NCBI GenBank assembly: GCA_041640575.1
Contig: JBEPZZ010000003.1
Coordinates: forward strand, 1 to 64,000
Reading direction: 5' to 3'
DNA length: 64,000 nucleotides
Origin: Pseudothermotoga sp.
GTDB taxonomy: Bacteria > Thermotogota > Thermotogae > Thermotogales > DSM-5069
Shown: positions 49,556 through 59,560 of the stretch, piece after piece
Position numbering within the stretch: the stretch's first letter is position 1
Layout: each line of letters opens with the position of its first letter
The notes under the pieces: generated by a model
The model's database searches: none
Seen by the model: the letters and a program-made list of their open reading frames with translations, nothing else
What the model was told of the DNA's origin: nothing
Made by a program: the position numbers and the translations under genes

Positions 49556-50434
49556 ATGAGAACTGAAACAAAAAGGATGTTGAAACGTTTACTTCGGAAT
49601 CCTTCTGCGGTTCTAGGTTTTTCGCTTCTAATGTTCTTTTTAATAATTGGAATACTGGCACCGGTCATCTGCCCTCCTCAATCTTACGATCCTTACATGA
49701 TTCCAATAGTCACATGGGATAAGACACCAAGAGCTCCTTCCCCAGAACATCCTTTTGGTGTAATAGATGGTAGAGACATCTTTTACGGAGTTATTTGGGG
49801 AACAAGAACCGCTTTTAAGGTGGGATTAACGGTTACACTTATTTCAACTATCATAGGTCTTATTGTAGGTTCGGTTGCTGGTTATTTTGGAGGTTGGTTA
49901 GACGAGATTCTTATGAGAATCACCGACATTTTTCTTTCTATTCCTTACATTCTTGCTGCAATTGTTGTAACCGCATTTTTGGGGATGGGTCTTAACAAAG
50001 TGATGATTTCGCTAATCATGTTCGGATGGATGGCTACTGCAAGATTGATACGTGGTAACATCCTACAGGTGCGCGAAGAGCAATACGTTTTAGCTGCAAA
50101 GGCACTCGGATTGAAGGATTTTGTTGTCATAATGCGGCATATACTCCCCAATACCATTTTCCCGGTTGTAATACAAGCAACAATGAGAATAGGCTCGCTT
50201 GTTATAACTGCTGCTGCTCTAAGCTTTTTAGGCCTCGGAGCACCAGTTGGTTATGCGGACTGGGGATCACTCCTAAATTTTGCGAGAAATTGGTTGCTTG
50301 GTTCATCAGGCGAAGCTTTCAAATACTGGTATGCGATAGTATATCCGGGTACCGCGATGGTCTTGTTCGTGCTGGCTTGGAACTTAGTTGGTGACGCTTT
50401 AAGAGATGCTTTTGACCCAAGGCTTAGAGGATAA
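49556..50434 (+). CDS. oppC: Peptide/nickel ABC transporter permease (system 1)
   Basis: HPFG...GRD, AGYFGG..D, HILPN, LSFLGLG and GDALRDA.DPR. Confidence 0.9.
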   Translation: MRTETKRMLKRLLRNPSAVLGFSLLMFFLIIGILAPVICPPQSYDPYMIPIVTWDKTPRAPSPEHPFGVIDGRDIFYGVIWGTRTAFKVGLTVTLISTIIGLIVGSVAGYFGGWLDEILMRITDIFLSIPYILAAIVVTAFLGMGLNKVMISLIMFGWMATARLIRGNILQVREEQYVLAAKALGLKDFVVIMRHILPNTIFPVVIQATMRIGSLVITAAALSFLGLGAPVGYADWGSLLNFARNWLLGSSGEAFKYWYAIVYPGTAMVLFVLAWNLVGDALRDAFDPRLRG

Positions 50435-50445
50435 GGAGTGGTACG

Positions 50446-51465
50446 GTGAAAGAACCCATTCTCAAAGTTCAAAACCTGAAAACTTATTTCTACACTGAAG
50501 ATGGGGAAATAAAAGCTGTTGATGGTGTGGATTTTGAAGTATATCCAGGAGAAACTCTTGGGATAGTTGGTGAATCTGGATGCGGAAAAAGTGTTACTTC
50601 TCTTTCGATTCTTCGCATTCTTGATGAAAAAGGTAAGATTATTGAGGGATCAATAATATTTGATGGAACGGATTTAACAAAAATTACCGAGGAGCAAATG
50701 AGAAAGATCAGGGGAAAAGACATCTCTATGATATTCCAGGAGCCGATGGTTGCACTAAATCCAGTTTTCACAATTGGTGAACAGATCATGGAAGCAATTG
50801 TGTTACATCAAAGGGTTGAAGAAAAAAAGGCACGTGAGATAGCCATAAATTTGCTGAGGAAGGTTGGAATACCAGAACCAGAGAAGAGAGTAGATCAATA
50901 TCCTCATGAACTTTCTGGTGGTATGAGACAGCGTGCGATGATAGCAATGGCACTTTCTTGTAAGCCAAAGATTCTGATTGCCGATGAGCCAACGACAGCA
51001 CTTGATGTTACTATACAAGCACAGATAATGGAACTGATAAAAGATCTTCAAAGAGAATATGGTATGTCAGTGATATTAATAACTCACGACATGGGCATAA
51101 TAGCTGAAAATGCCGACAGAGTTGTGGTAATGTATGCTGGAAAAGTTGTCGAGTACTCTGATGTAAAAACTCTCTTCAACGATCCTAAACATCCTTACAC
51201 CTGGGGATTATTACACGCAATACCTAGACTCGATATCGAACAAACAAGGCTTTACAATATCCCTGGAGTGGTTCCAAATCCTTTGAATTTTCCAAGTGGT
51301 TGTAGATTTCATCCAAGATGCGAATTTAGTGAGGACAAATGTCATAACGAAGAACCTGGGCTCATTGAGGTTATCCCAAATCATTATGTAAGGTGTTTCT
51401 TCTGGGAAAAAGTGGAGGAAGCAAAGAAGAAGGAAGCGGGTGAGATCACATGGAACCTATCTTGA
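50446..51465 (+). CDS. oppD: Oligopeptide ABC ATPase (system 1)
   Basis: GESGCGKS, YPHELSGGMRQR, ADEPTTALD and C-terminal GCRFHPRC...C..C. Confidence 0.92.
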   Translation: MKEPILKVQNLKTYFYTEDGEIKAVDGVDFEVYPGETLGIVGESGCGKSVTSLSILRILDEKGKIIEGSIIFDGTDLTKITEEQMRKIRGKDISMIFQEPMVALNPVFTIGEQIMEAIVLHQRVEEKKAREIAINLLRKVGIPEPEKRVDQYPHELSGGMRQRAMIAMALSCKPKILIADEPTTALDVTIQAQIMELIKDLQREYGMSVILITHDMGIIAENADRVVVMYAGKVVEYSDVKTLFNDPKHPYTWGLLHAIPRLDIEQTRLYNIPGVVPNPLNFPSGCRFHPRCEFSEDKCHNEEPGLIEVIPNHYVRCFFWEKVEEAKKKEAGEITWNLS

Positions 51466-52631
51466 GTGTCCAAAAATTGGTGAAATACTTTCCTATAAAG
51501 GCTGGCGTTTTCAAACGTACAGTTGGATGGGTAAAAGCGGTCGATGACGTTTCGTTTGAAATAAATGAAGGTGAAACAGTTGGGTTAGTCGGCGAATCCG
51601 GATGTGGCAAGACGACAATTGGAATGACTTTGTTAAGACTTTATGAACCAACATCCGGAAGAATAATCTTTGCTGGGGAAGATACAACGTATCTTTTTAT
51701 GACGCGTATGAGAGCAAAGTCATACTTGACAAAGACATACGTTGAAAAGTTTCTAGATCTTCTCAGAAAACATGGTTCTGTGGATTCAGTTATCAAATCT
51801 CTTGACCCGGTTGATAAACACTATGCTGAGTTGTTCTTCTTCCAAGCAAGGCAATCTGCTGCAAGATTTTTGTCAATATTGTTATCCAGTATGGACGAAA
51901 AAAGGAAGAAATTTAGACGGAACGTGCAGATTATTTTCCAAGATCCATACAGTTCTTTGAATCCAAGAATGAGGATAAAAACCATAGTTGGCGAAGGCCC
52001 GGCAGCTCATAGATTGGTTAGGGGAGAAAAAGAAATTGTTGAAAGAGTTAGATCGGTGTTAGAAGATGTAGGCATAAGTGGAGATTACATGTACAGATTC
52101 CCTCACGAATTCTCGGGTGGCCAACGGCAAAGAATCGGTATTGCGAGAGCTCTTGCTTTATCGCCGAGACTGGTGATTGCCGACGAAGCTGTTTCTGCAC
52201 TAGACGTGTCAATAAGATCGCAAGTGATAAATTTGATGAAAGATCTGCAGGCTGAACACCGGTTGACTTATTTGTTCATATCCCACGATTTGTCCGTAAT
52301 TAAGTACATGTGCGACAGGATAATAGTAATGTACCTTGGAAAAATCGTTGAGTCTGCTCCGAAGAAATCTTTGTTTGACAATCCATTGCATCCCTATACC
52401 AAAGCTCTGATGAGTGCAATTCCCATTCCAAATCCAAACATAAAAAGAAATCGTATAGTTCTAAAAGGAGACGTTCCGAGCCCAATTAATCCACCAAGTG
52501 GTTGCAGATTTCACACCAGATGCTACATGAGTCAAGAGATATGTGCAGTTGTAGAACCTCAATTAGCTGAAATCGAACCTGGACATTTTGTAGCATGTCA
52601 TTTTGTTGGAAAAAATGAGCAAAAAGATTAA
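51450..52631 (+). CDS. oppF: Oligopeptide ABC ATPase with internal insertion (system 1)
   Basis: GESGCGKT, FQDPYSSLNPR, FSGGQRQR, DEAVSALD and GCRFHTRC; about 65 extra residues before the Q-loop. Confidence 0.92.
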   Translation: MEPILSVQKLVKYFPIKAGVFKRTVGWVKAVDDVSFEINEGETVGLVGESGCGKTTIGMTLLRLYEPTSGRIIFAGEDTTYLFMTRMRAKSYLTKTYVEKFLDLLRKHGSVDSVIKSLDPVDKHYAELFFFQARQSAARFLSILLSSMDEKRKKFRRNVQIIFQDPYSSLNPRMRIKTIVGEGPAAHRLVRGEKEIVERVRSVLEDVGISGDYMYRFPHEFSGGQRQRIGIARALALSPRLVIADEAVSALDVSIRSQVINLMKDLQAEHRLTYLFISHDLSVIKYMCDRIIVMYLGKIVESAPKKSLFDNPLHPYTKALMSAIPIPNPNIKRNRIVLKGDVPSPINPPSGCRFHTRCYMSQEICAVVEPQLAEIEPGHFVACHFVGKNEQKD

Positions 52632-53217
52632 TTTTATTGGGCTACTAACGCTTTTGGTAATAGCTATTATTGCGATCAAGTTTTCTGAAAGAAGATTGCT
52701 GAATGTTTATTTTGAATGTGATGAAAATTTAAAGAATCTTGTTCTTAACTTGCTCGGTGACATGAGCATTAGATACAAATTGCTTAAAGGCCCTAGTAGA
52801 GTTTCTTTGACAGTATTTGATGATAAAATACTTTATGATGGACAGGTATTTTTTCTCGACTGGCGCGAAAATATAGTAAGCAAAGTCGTCGATCACATAT
52901 CAACGTATTTCGGGTTCAACATCAAGGAAATAAAAACGTCTGTAACAAAACCCTTTTACAGAGAGATATATATTGATACTAAGGAAGGCTTGTTTTTCTT
53001 GAAGCTGAATCCCCAAAATTTTGGTGCAGTTGACAATCACAGAATAAATGTGATAAAAATTATCATAACTGATCGTGCGAAGCCTTTTGAGAACGGTGAT
53101 CTTGTTATACCAATAGAAGCACACCTGTTTGAACACAGTAGTGGAAAGTATTTCAGGTTCGTTTTTAACTTATTATCTAACGAGTTAGTCAGCGAATTAA
53201 CACCGGGAGGGAGCTAG
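52615..53217 (+). CDS. Hypothetical membrane-anchored protein
   Basis: One N-terminal hydrophobic helix, coupled to the flanking ATPase genes, no recognised motif. The likely start is ATG 52615. Confidence 0.65.
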   Translation: MSKKINFIGLLTLLVIAIIAIKFSERRLLNVYFECDENLKNLVLNLLGDMSIRYKLLKGPSRVSLTVFDDKILYDGQVFFLDWRENIVSKVVDHISTYFGFNIKEIKTSVTKPFYREIYIDTKEGLFFLKLNPQNFGAVDNHRINVIKIIITDRAKPFENGDLVIPIEAHLFEHSSGKYFRFVFNLLSNELVSELTPGGS

Positions 53218-53218
53218 T

Positions 53219-54202
53219 TTGGAAGTCATATTATCAGTGAAGAACCTTTCGACGTATTTCTACATGGAAGAAGGGATCGTAGCTGCAGTGGATGATGTAA
53301 GCTTTGACCTTTCGCCCCAAGAAGTACTTGGAATAGTTGGAGAAACTGGTTCGGGTAAAAGTGTGACAGTGAAGTCGGTAATGAGACTCATAAAATCGCC
53401 GGGGAAAATCGTCAATGGTCAGATAATTTACAAAGGTAAAAACATACTTGAAATCCCAGAAAGTGAAATGCACAAAATAAGAGGAAAAGAGATAAGTATG
53501 GTTTTCCAGGATCCAATGACCTCACTGAACCCATTGTACACGATAGGCGATCAACTCATGGAAACGATAATTCATCATCAAGATGTTTCAAAGTCTGAGG
53601 CGTATAAGCGTGCCGTCGAAATGCTCCAGCTTGTCCAGATTCCTGAACCAGAGAAAAGAATGAGGTCGTATCCATTTGAGTTCAGTGGTGGAATGCGGCA
53701 AAGAGTTGTAATAGCCATCGCTTTGAGTTGCAATCCTTCTGTGCTTATTGCTGACGAGCCAACTACGGCTCTTGATGTGACTATACAAGCTCAAATTCTT
53801 GATCTGATGAGGAGTCTACAAGAGAAGTTAAGGATGGCTATGCTTTTCATAACGCATGATCTGGGAGTTATCGCAAGCATGGCACATAAGATTATGGTGA
53901 TGTATGGTGGAAAACAAGTGGAATTTGGTTCGTCTGAGGATATTTTTTACCGATCAAGGCATCCATACACAAAGATGTTGCTTAGAAGTGTTCCAAGAAT
54001 AGATAAGAAGATTGATCGACTTGAGTCAATCCCTGGACAGCCGCCTAGAATGATCGATATTCCGAAGGTTTGCACCTTCCTTCCTAGGTGTCCAAGGAGG
54101 ACAGAAAAATGTCAAACAAGCATTCCACCGATGGAAGAAGTAGAACCGGGTCATTTTGTACGATGCTTTAACCCAGTGAGAGGTGAAGAAGACAATGTCT
54201 GA
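53219..54202 (+). CDS. oppD: Oligopeptide ABC ATPase (system 2)
   Basis: GETGSGKS, FSGGMRQR, ADEPTTALD and C.F.PRC. Confidence 0.92.
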   Translation: MEVILSVKNLSTYFYMEEGIVAAVDDVSFDLSPQEVLGIVGETGSGKSVTVKSVMRLIKSPGKIVNGQIIYKGKNILEIPESEMHKIRGKEISMVFQDPMTSLNPLYTIGDQLMETIIHHQDVSKSEAYKRAVEMLQLVQIPEPEKRMRSYPFEFSGGMRQRVVIAIALSCNPSVLIADEPTTALDVTIQAQILDLMRSLQEKLRMAMLFITHDLGVIASMAHKIMVMYGGKQVEFGSSEDIFYRSRHPYTKMLLRSVPRIDKKIDRLESIPGQPPRMIDIPKVCTFLPRCPRRTEKCQTSIPPMEEVEPGHFVRCFNPVRGEEDNV

Positions 54203-55175
54203 AGCTTTGCTCAGAATTATCAATTTGAAGAAATACTTTCCAATTAGGCAAGGTTTCCTGATTAAGAGAACCGTAGCCGAAGTAAAAGCGGTTGATGACA
54301 TCAGCTTTGATATTGAGAAGGGTAAAACTTTTGCGCTAGTTGGAGAATCTGGATGCGGAAAAACAACTGTTGCACGAACAATTTTGAGACTTTTGGAACC
54401 AACAGCCGGTCAAATATTGTTTGATGGCACAGATCTCTCGAAGCTGAAGTACAAAGAATTGTTGCCTTATAGGAGAAGAATGCAGATTGTCTTTCAAGAT
54501 CCGATGAGTTCTTTAAACCCTAGGATGACCGTAGCGCAAATAGTTACAGAACCAATTCTTTTCCATAAGGTTGTCAATAATAAGAAAGAAGCATATGATA
54601 AAGCCAAAATGTTAATGCAAATGGTAGGTTTAAAGACTTTTCATTTAGACAGATACCCTCACCAATTCAGTGGGGGTCAACGGCAGAGAATTGCGATTGC
54701 AAGAGCAATAGCCATCGAACCAGATTTCATAGTTCTAGACGAACCAACCTCCTCTCTTGATGTTTCAGTCCAAGCGCAAATTGTCAACATGTTTCTTGAC
54801 TTTCAAGATAGATTTAAATTTACATACCTGTTCATCTCTCACAATCTTGGGCTAGTGAGGTTTATCAGTCACAAAGTTGGTATAATGTACCTTGGAAGGA
54901 TAGTCGAGATGGGTGACACCGACGAGATTTTTGATGAGCCTTTACATCCATATAGTAAGGCTTTACTCTCTGCAACGCCAATACCAGATCCAGTTGTGGA
55001 GAGATCGAGAAAAAGAATAATTTTGACAGGTGGTGTTCCAAGTCCTATTTCTAGACCAAGTGGTTGTTTCTTTAGTCCTAGATGTCCATACAAAATTGAT
55101 ATTTGCGAAAAGGAATATCCCGAATTCCGTAAAGTATCTGAAAATCGCTGGGTGGCCTGCCACCTGGTGAAATAA
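54195..55175 (+). CDS. oppF: Oligopeptide ABC ATPase (system 2)
   Basis: GESGCGKT, YPHQFSGGQRQR, DEPTSSLD and GCFF.PRC. The likely start is ATG 54195. Confidence 0.92.
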   Translation: MSEALLRIINLKKYFPIRQGFLIKRTVAEVKAVDDISFDIEKGKTFALVGESGCGKTTVARTILRLLEPTAGQILFDGTDLSKLKYKELLPYRRRMQIVFQDPMSSLNPRMTVAQIVTEPILFHKVVNNKKEAYDKAKMLMQMVGLKTFHLDRYPHQFSGGQRQRIAIARAIAIEPDFIVLDEPTSSLDVSVQAQIVNMFLDFQDRFKFTYLFISHNLGLVRFISHKVGIMYLGRIVEMGDTDEIFDEPLHPYSKALLSATPIPDPVVERSRKRIILTGGVPSPISRPSGCFFSPRCPYKIDICEKEYPEFRKVSENRWVACHLVK

Positions 55176-55189
55176 GGGGGTGTTAGTTC

Positions 55190-56947
55190 ATGAGAAAATT
55201 TCTTTTAGTGGTACTTGCTCTCGCACTTGCTGTTGTAAGCATCGCAGCGCAGAAGTACGTGTGGTTCGATGAAACAAAACCTTACCTTGGTGCCAACGCA
55301 ACAGGTCAACGTGGTGGGACACTTGTAGCCCCACAACTCGGAAGCGGTCCTCGCACGATGAATTACGTTGTAGCTAAGGAAACTAGTTCCACAGATATTA
55401 TAGGTGTGTGGATGGGTGCAACCATGATTGAAATGGACAACAAAGCAGTCATGCATCCCGGCTTAGCTAAGAGAGTAGAAGTTGAGGTCACAGACGACGA
55501 AAAAATGATTATTACTTTCTACTTGAGGCAAGGAATTTCATGGTCCAATGGTCAACCCTTCACGGCTGAGGACGTTGTGTTCACAATTAACGATGTTTAT
55601 ACCAACCCTAATATTCCAAGCAGCACACAGGATGTTATCAAAGATTCCAAAGGCAGACTTCCAAAAGCTGAATTGGTGGACAAGTATACTTTAAGAGTAA
55701 TCTATGAGGAACCATTTAGACTTGCCGTGAGATATATTGGTGGACTTTACTTGTTCCCGAAGCATATATGTGAGCCTTGGGTGAAAGATGGTACGTTCAG
55801 AGAAAAATGGACAGTTGAATCAATCAACAAGAAGGAACTAGTTGGGCTAGGTCCATTCATCCCAGTTGAATATGTTCCAGATCAATTTGTCAGAATGGTC
55901 AGAAACCCATACTACTGGAAAAAAGATAAGAATGGCGTTCAGCTCCCATATCTTGATGAATATATCAGAAAGATCATACCAGATTTAAATGCTATAAAAC
56001 TGGCATTTGAAGCTGGAGAAATAGATGTATACGGTGTAACCGCTCAGTTCTATCCAGAGATCAAGAACAAGGCAAAGGAAAAAGGTTGGGTTGTTGGTAT
56101 GGGTGGGCCAACCTTTGGAACAACATTCTTGACACTGAACTTCAACTGTCCAGATCCAGTCAAGAGAGCTTGGTTCAGGAATGAATATTTCAGAAAAGCC
56201 ATTGCGTACGCAATGCCAAAAGATCAGATGATTGACACATTGTTATCTGGACTTGGTAGAGCGCAGTGGGGACCAATAAGTGAGGCGGCAGCTGCTTTCT
56301 ATAACGACGCTGCGCTGAGAAAATACCCATATGATCTTGATTATGCAAGAATGATGCTTGAACTTGGCGGATTCAAGTGGGACGCACAGGGTAATTTACT
56401 TGATTCCCTTGGAAATCCGGTTCAGTTCATCCTCATGACCAACGCCGGAAACACGCAACGCGAAGGAACATGCAATATTTTGAGAGACGAACTTGCAAAA
56501 CTTGGAATCAAGGTTACATTCGTGCCACTTGACTTCAACGTGCTTGTTGAAAAAATGCTTAACACAGGAGATTGGGAAGCAATTGTGATAGGTTTGACCG
56601 GTTCTGATGAACCACAAGGAGGAAGAAACGTCTGGGCCTTGAAAGGATCATTGCACTTCTGGAACTTCCATCCAGATGTTGCAAAGTTTGTAGATCCGGC
56701 AATTTATGAAGCTCCTTGGTGGGAAATTGAGATTGATAAGATTTTTGCAGAAAACGTTAAAATCCTCGATCAAAAGAAAGTCTTTGAAATGTTCTCAAAA
56801 TATCAAGAACTTGTTTCTGAATATCTACCTTTGATATATACAATCCAGCAAGAATACTTGTACGCTTACACTAATAGATTGCAAAATGTCAGTCCAACTG
56901 CATTTGGTGGAATGCTGTGGAACATAGACTGGATTTGGAAGAAATAA
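55190..56947 (+). CDS. oppA: Family 5 (OppA/DppA) substrate-binding protein
   Basis: Signal peptide, RGGT, F.LR.G..WS.G.PFTAEDV.FT, GPF, RNPYYW and PYLD. Confidence 0.92.
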   Translation: MRKFLLVVLALALAVVSIAAQKYVWFDETKPYLGANATGQRGGTLVAPQLGSGPRTMNYVVAKETSSTDIIGVWMGATMIEMDNKAVMHPGLAKRVEVEVTDDEKMIITFYLRQGISWSNGQPFTAEDVVFTINDVYTNPNIPSSTQDVIKDSKGRLPKAELVDKYTLRVIYEEPFRLAVRYIGGLYLFPKHICEPWVKDGTFREKWTVESINKKELVGLGPFIPVEYVPDQFVRMVRNPYYWKKDKNGVQLPYLDEYIRKIIPDLNAIKLAFEAGEIDVYGVTAQFYPEIKNKAKEKGWVVGMGGPTFGTTFLTLNFNCPDPVKRAWFRNEYFRKAIAYAMPKDQMIDTLLSGLGRAQWGPISEAAAAFYNDAALRKYPYDLDYARMMLELGGFKWDAQGNLLDSLGNPVQFILMTNAGNTQREGTCNILRDELAKLGIKVTFVPLDFNVLVEKMLNTGDWEAIVIGLTGSDEPQGGRNVWALKGSLHFWNFHPDVAKFVDPAIYEAPWWEIEIDKIFAENVKILDQKKVFEMFSKYQELVSEYLPLIYTIQQEYLYAYTNRLQNVSPTAFGGMLWNIDWIWKK

Positions 56948-56955
56948 AGTCTGTT

Positions 56956-56978
56956 GGGTGGGGGCAGAGCCCTCACCC
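56956..56978 (+). terminator. Intercistronic hairpin after oppA
   Basis: GGGTGGGGGC-AGA-GCCCTCACCC stem (one G-U pair) followed by GTTT. Confidence 0.65.
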
Positions 56979-56999
56979 GTTTAAATTATCACAAGGAGT

Positions 57000-57974
57000 G
57001 TGACCGAGTTGCTTAAGTATATTGCACGAAGGTTAGTGATTGCAATACCTGAACTATTCGTAATATCGTTTATGATCTTCATGATCATGTACGCTGCGCC
57101 TGGAGATTTTCTGGACCAGTACAGATTGGATCCAACTATTTCCACGGAAACCCTTGAAGCTATGAGAAAAGAATATGGTTTGGATCGACCAGCAATAATC
57201 CAGTACGCTACTTGGTTGAAAAATTTGTTTAAAGGAAATATGGGATATTCTTTCTACTATCGTAGACCTGTATCAAGTCTGATTTGGGAGAGGGTCAACG
57301 CCACTTTGATTCTTTCTGTGAGCTCTTTGTTGTTCTCGTGGGCTTTAGGTATACTAACTGGGATATATTCTGCATTAAAAAAATATTCTTTTGGAGATAG
57401 AATCCTGACCGTAGTCGCTTTGGCTTTAATTGCGACACCATCGTTTTTCTTAGGACTTTTGATGCTTTACTTGGCGGCCAAGACTGGTTGGTTCCCAATA
57501 TCTGGGATGATTTCTACTGGATACAATCAGTTTTCAAGCTGGCAAAAATTTAAGGATATATTGTGGCACCTGATTCTTCCGGTATCAGCTTTGAGTTTAG
57601 GGTCGTTTGCAAGCCTAATGAGGTACATGAGGGGTTCTTTGCTTGATGTTTTGAACGAAGATTATGTGACTTTTGCTCGGGCGAAAGGAATGCCTGAAAG
57701 GGTTGTGATATACAAGCATGCTTTACGTAATGCGATAAACCCAATGATAACGTTTTTGGGATTCAGTATTTCTGGGTTGCTTGGTGGAGCTCTGTTCATA
57801 GAAAACGTCTTTGGCTGGCCTGGAATGGGTAGGCTCATTTATCAGGCCTTAATACAACAGGACATGTATCTTGTTATCGCGAGTGGACTGATAAGTGCCG
57901 TTCTCCTGGTGATAGGTAATTTGATTGCGGACATACTCTTAGCATTGGTTGATCCGCGTGTCAGGCTTACTTGA
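57000..57974 (+). CDS. oppB: Peptide ABC transporter permease (system 2)
   Basis: YIARRL, APGD, YGLD, RG.LLDVL.EDYV..ARAKG and DPRVR. Confidence 0.9.
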   Translation: MTELLKYIARRLVIAIPELFVISFMIFMIMYAAPGDFLDQYRLDPTISTETLEAMRKEYGLDRPAIIQYATWLKNLFKGNMGYSFYYRRPVSSLIWERVNATLILSVSSLLFSWALGILTGIYSALKKYSFGDRILTVVALALIATPSFFLGLLMLYLAAKTGWFPISGMISTGYNQFSSWQKFKDILWHLILPVSALSLGSFASLMRYMRGSLLDVLNEDYVTFARAKGMPERVVIYKHALRNAINPMITFLGFSISGLLGGALFIENVFGWPGMGRLIYQALIQQDMYLVIASGLISAVLLVIGNLIADILLALVDPRVRLT

Positions 57975-57988
57975 GGAGGTCTTCAAGC

Positions 57989-59533
57989 ATGGCAGAAGTT
58001 AATGGTAAAGTGATAGGCGATGAAATTGCAACAGAAGAAGTTGAATTTCAAGAAAAATATCTTTCACGAGGTCAATTAATTTGGAGAGCATTTTTGAAGC
58101 ATAGACTCGGGGTTGTTGCACTTATTATATTGGCAATTCTTTACATCGCTGCGTTATTCGCAGATTTCCTCTCGCCATATAACCCACTTGAGCAATCACT
58201 CAGGCATACTTATGCGCCACCTACTAAGATCTATAGAACCTACAAAAATCAGCGGGTTAAACCTTATATTCTTCCAGTTATAACGTTTGTTGACAAGATA
58301 ACCTATGAAAGAACATACAGAGAAATGCTTTATCCTAGCAGGATAGTTGTGGAAAAACCAAGTGGTGAGAGAGAGACCTATGAACTTGGAAAAGATGGTG
58401 TTGAAAGCATAAGATTTCAAATTTCATCGATTGAAAGCATAAAAATAAATGGTGAATGGTATGACGTGAAGAAAAGCCCAAGGATGGCTGAATATTTATT
58501 GTTCGGCTACAATGATGAAGCATTGAGCAAAGGAATGTCACGTTTCGAAACAAATTCTGCTGTTGCTCAGGAAGTTTATTTCAAATCATATGGTGCCAGG
58601 TTCGGACTGACAGACGAGGAACAAATAGAAACCATAGCAATAACTGAAACGATAGACAGCGTAATTGTTAGAAAAGATGGACGACCTCAAATGGTGTATG
58701 GCAATATTGTTGATTATGATTACAAAACCTATCCTGTAAAATGGTTCGTTAAGAGCTGGACCGGAAAATTGTTCTGGCTGTTTCCCTTGGATGTTCATTT
58801 GTTTGGTGTTGAGAATTATGACAGTAATCCATATGTAAAACTGTTTATAATGGGTGCTGACCTATATGGTAGAGATGTTTGGTCAAGGATAGTTTTTGCA
58901 TCGAGAATCTCACTATCCATTGGTTTCATAGGCATGGTTATTACCTTTGCGCTTGCCATGGTCTTTGGGGGTATATCTGGATATTACGGAGGATTAGTAG
59001 ATGAAGCTTTAATGCGGTTTGCAGAAATAATTATGTCAATTCCGAACTTCTATCTTTTGGTAATGCTTCGAGCTATGCTTCCTCTTGATTTGCCATCCAC
59101 TCAGATTTACGTACTCTTAGTCTTCATTTTGGCGTTTGTCGGTTGGGCCGGTACATCTCGTGTCATAAGAGGAATGGTGCTATCAATTCGCCAGCGGGAA
59201 TTTGTCGAGGCAGCTATAGCAATAGGACTACCCCATGGAAAAGTCCTCGCTCGTCATATTTTACCCAACACTGCTACCTATCTCATCGTTGCTTCTACGC
59301 TGAGAATACCAGGTTACATTCTGGGTGAGGCCGGTTTAAGTTTCCTTGGGTTAGGTATAAGAGAACCCTACGCTTCCTGGGGCTTGATGCTTGCTCAGGC
59401 GCAAGATGTTTATGTTATAACAAGGGCTCCATGGCTGTTGATACCAGGGGTACTCATAGTAATCACTTGTTTATCCTTCAATACTGTTGGTGATGCATTA
59501 AGAGATGCGTTGGATCCAAGATCTTTAGGATGA
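57989..59533 (+). CDS. oppC: Peptide ABC transporter permease with large extracytoplasmic insertion (system 2)
   Basis: G.D..GRD..SR, SGYYGG..D, HILPN, LSFLGLG and GDALRDALDP; about 200 extra residues after TM1. The likely start is ATG 57989. Confidence 0.9.
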   Translation: MAEVNGKVIGDEIATEEVEFQEKYLSRGQLIWRAFLKHRLGVVALIILAILYIAALFADFLSPYNPLEQSLRHTYAPPTKIYRTYKNQRVKPYILPVITFVDKITYERTYREMLYPSRIVVEKPSGERETYELGKDGVESIRFQISSIESIKINGEWYDVKKSPRMAEYLLFGYNDEALSKGMSRFETNSAVAQEVYFKSYGARFGLTDEEQIETIAITETIDSVIVRKDGRPQMVYGNIVDYDYKTYPVKWFVKSWTGKLFWLFPLDVHLFGVENYDSNPYVKLFIMGADLYGRDVWSRIVFASRISLSIGFIGMVITFALAMVFGGISGYYGGLVDEALMRFAEIIMSIPNFYLLVMLRAMLPLDLPSTQIYVLLVFILAFVGWAGTSRVIRGMVLSIRQREFVEAAIAIGLPHGKVLARHILPNTATYLIVASTLRIPGYILGEAGLSFLGLGIREPYASWGLMLAQAQDVYVITRAPWLLIPGVLIVITCLSFNTVGDALRDALDPRSLG

Positions 59534-59540
59534 GAGATAA

Positions 59541-59560
59541 AGCGGTCCGAGAGGACCGCT
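59541..59560. terminator. Terminator hairpin between convergent oppC and murC
   Basis: AGCGGTCC-GAGA-GGACCGCT perfect 8-bp stem with a GNRA loop, followed by AATTTTT. Confidence 0.78.
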
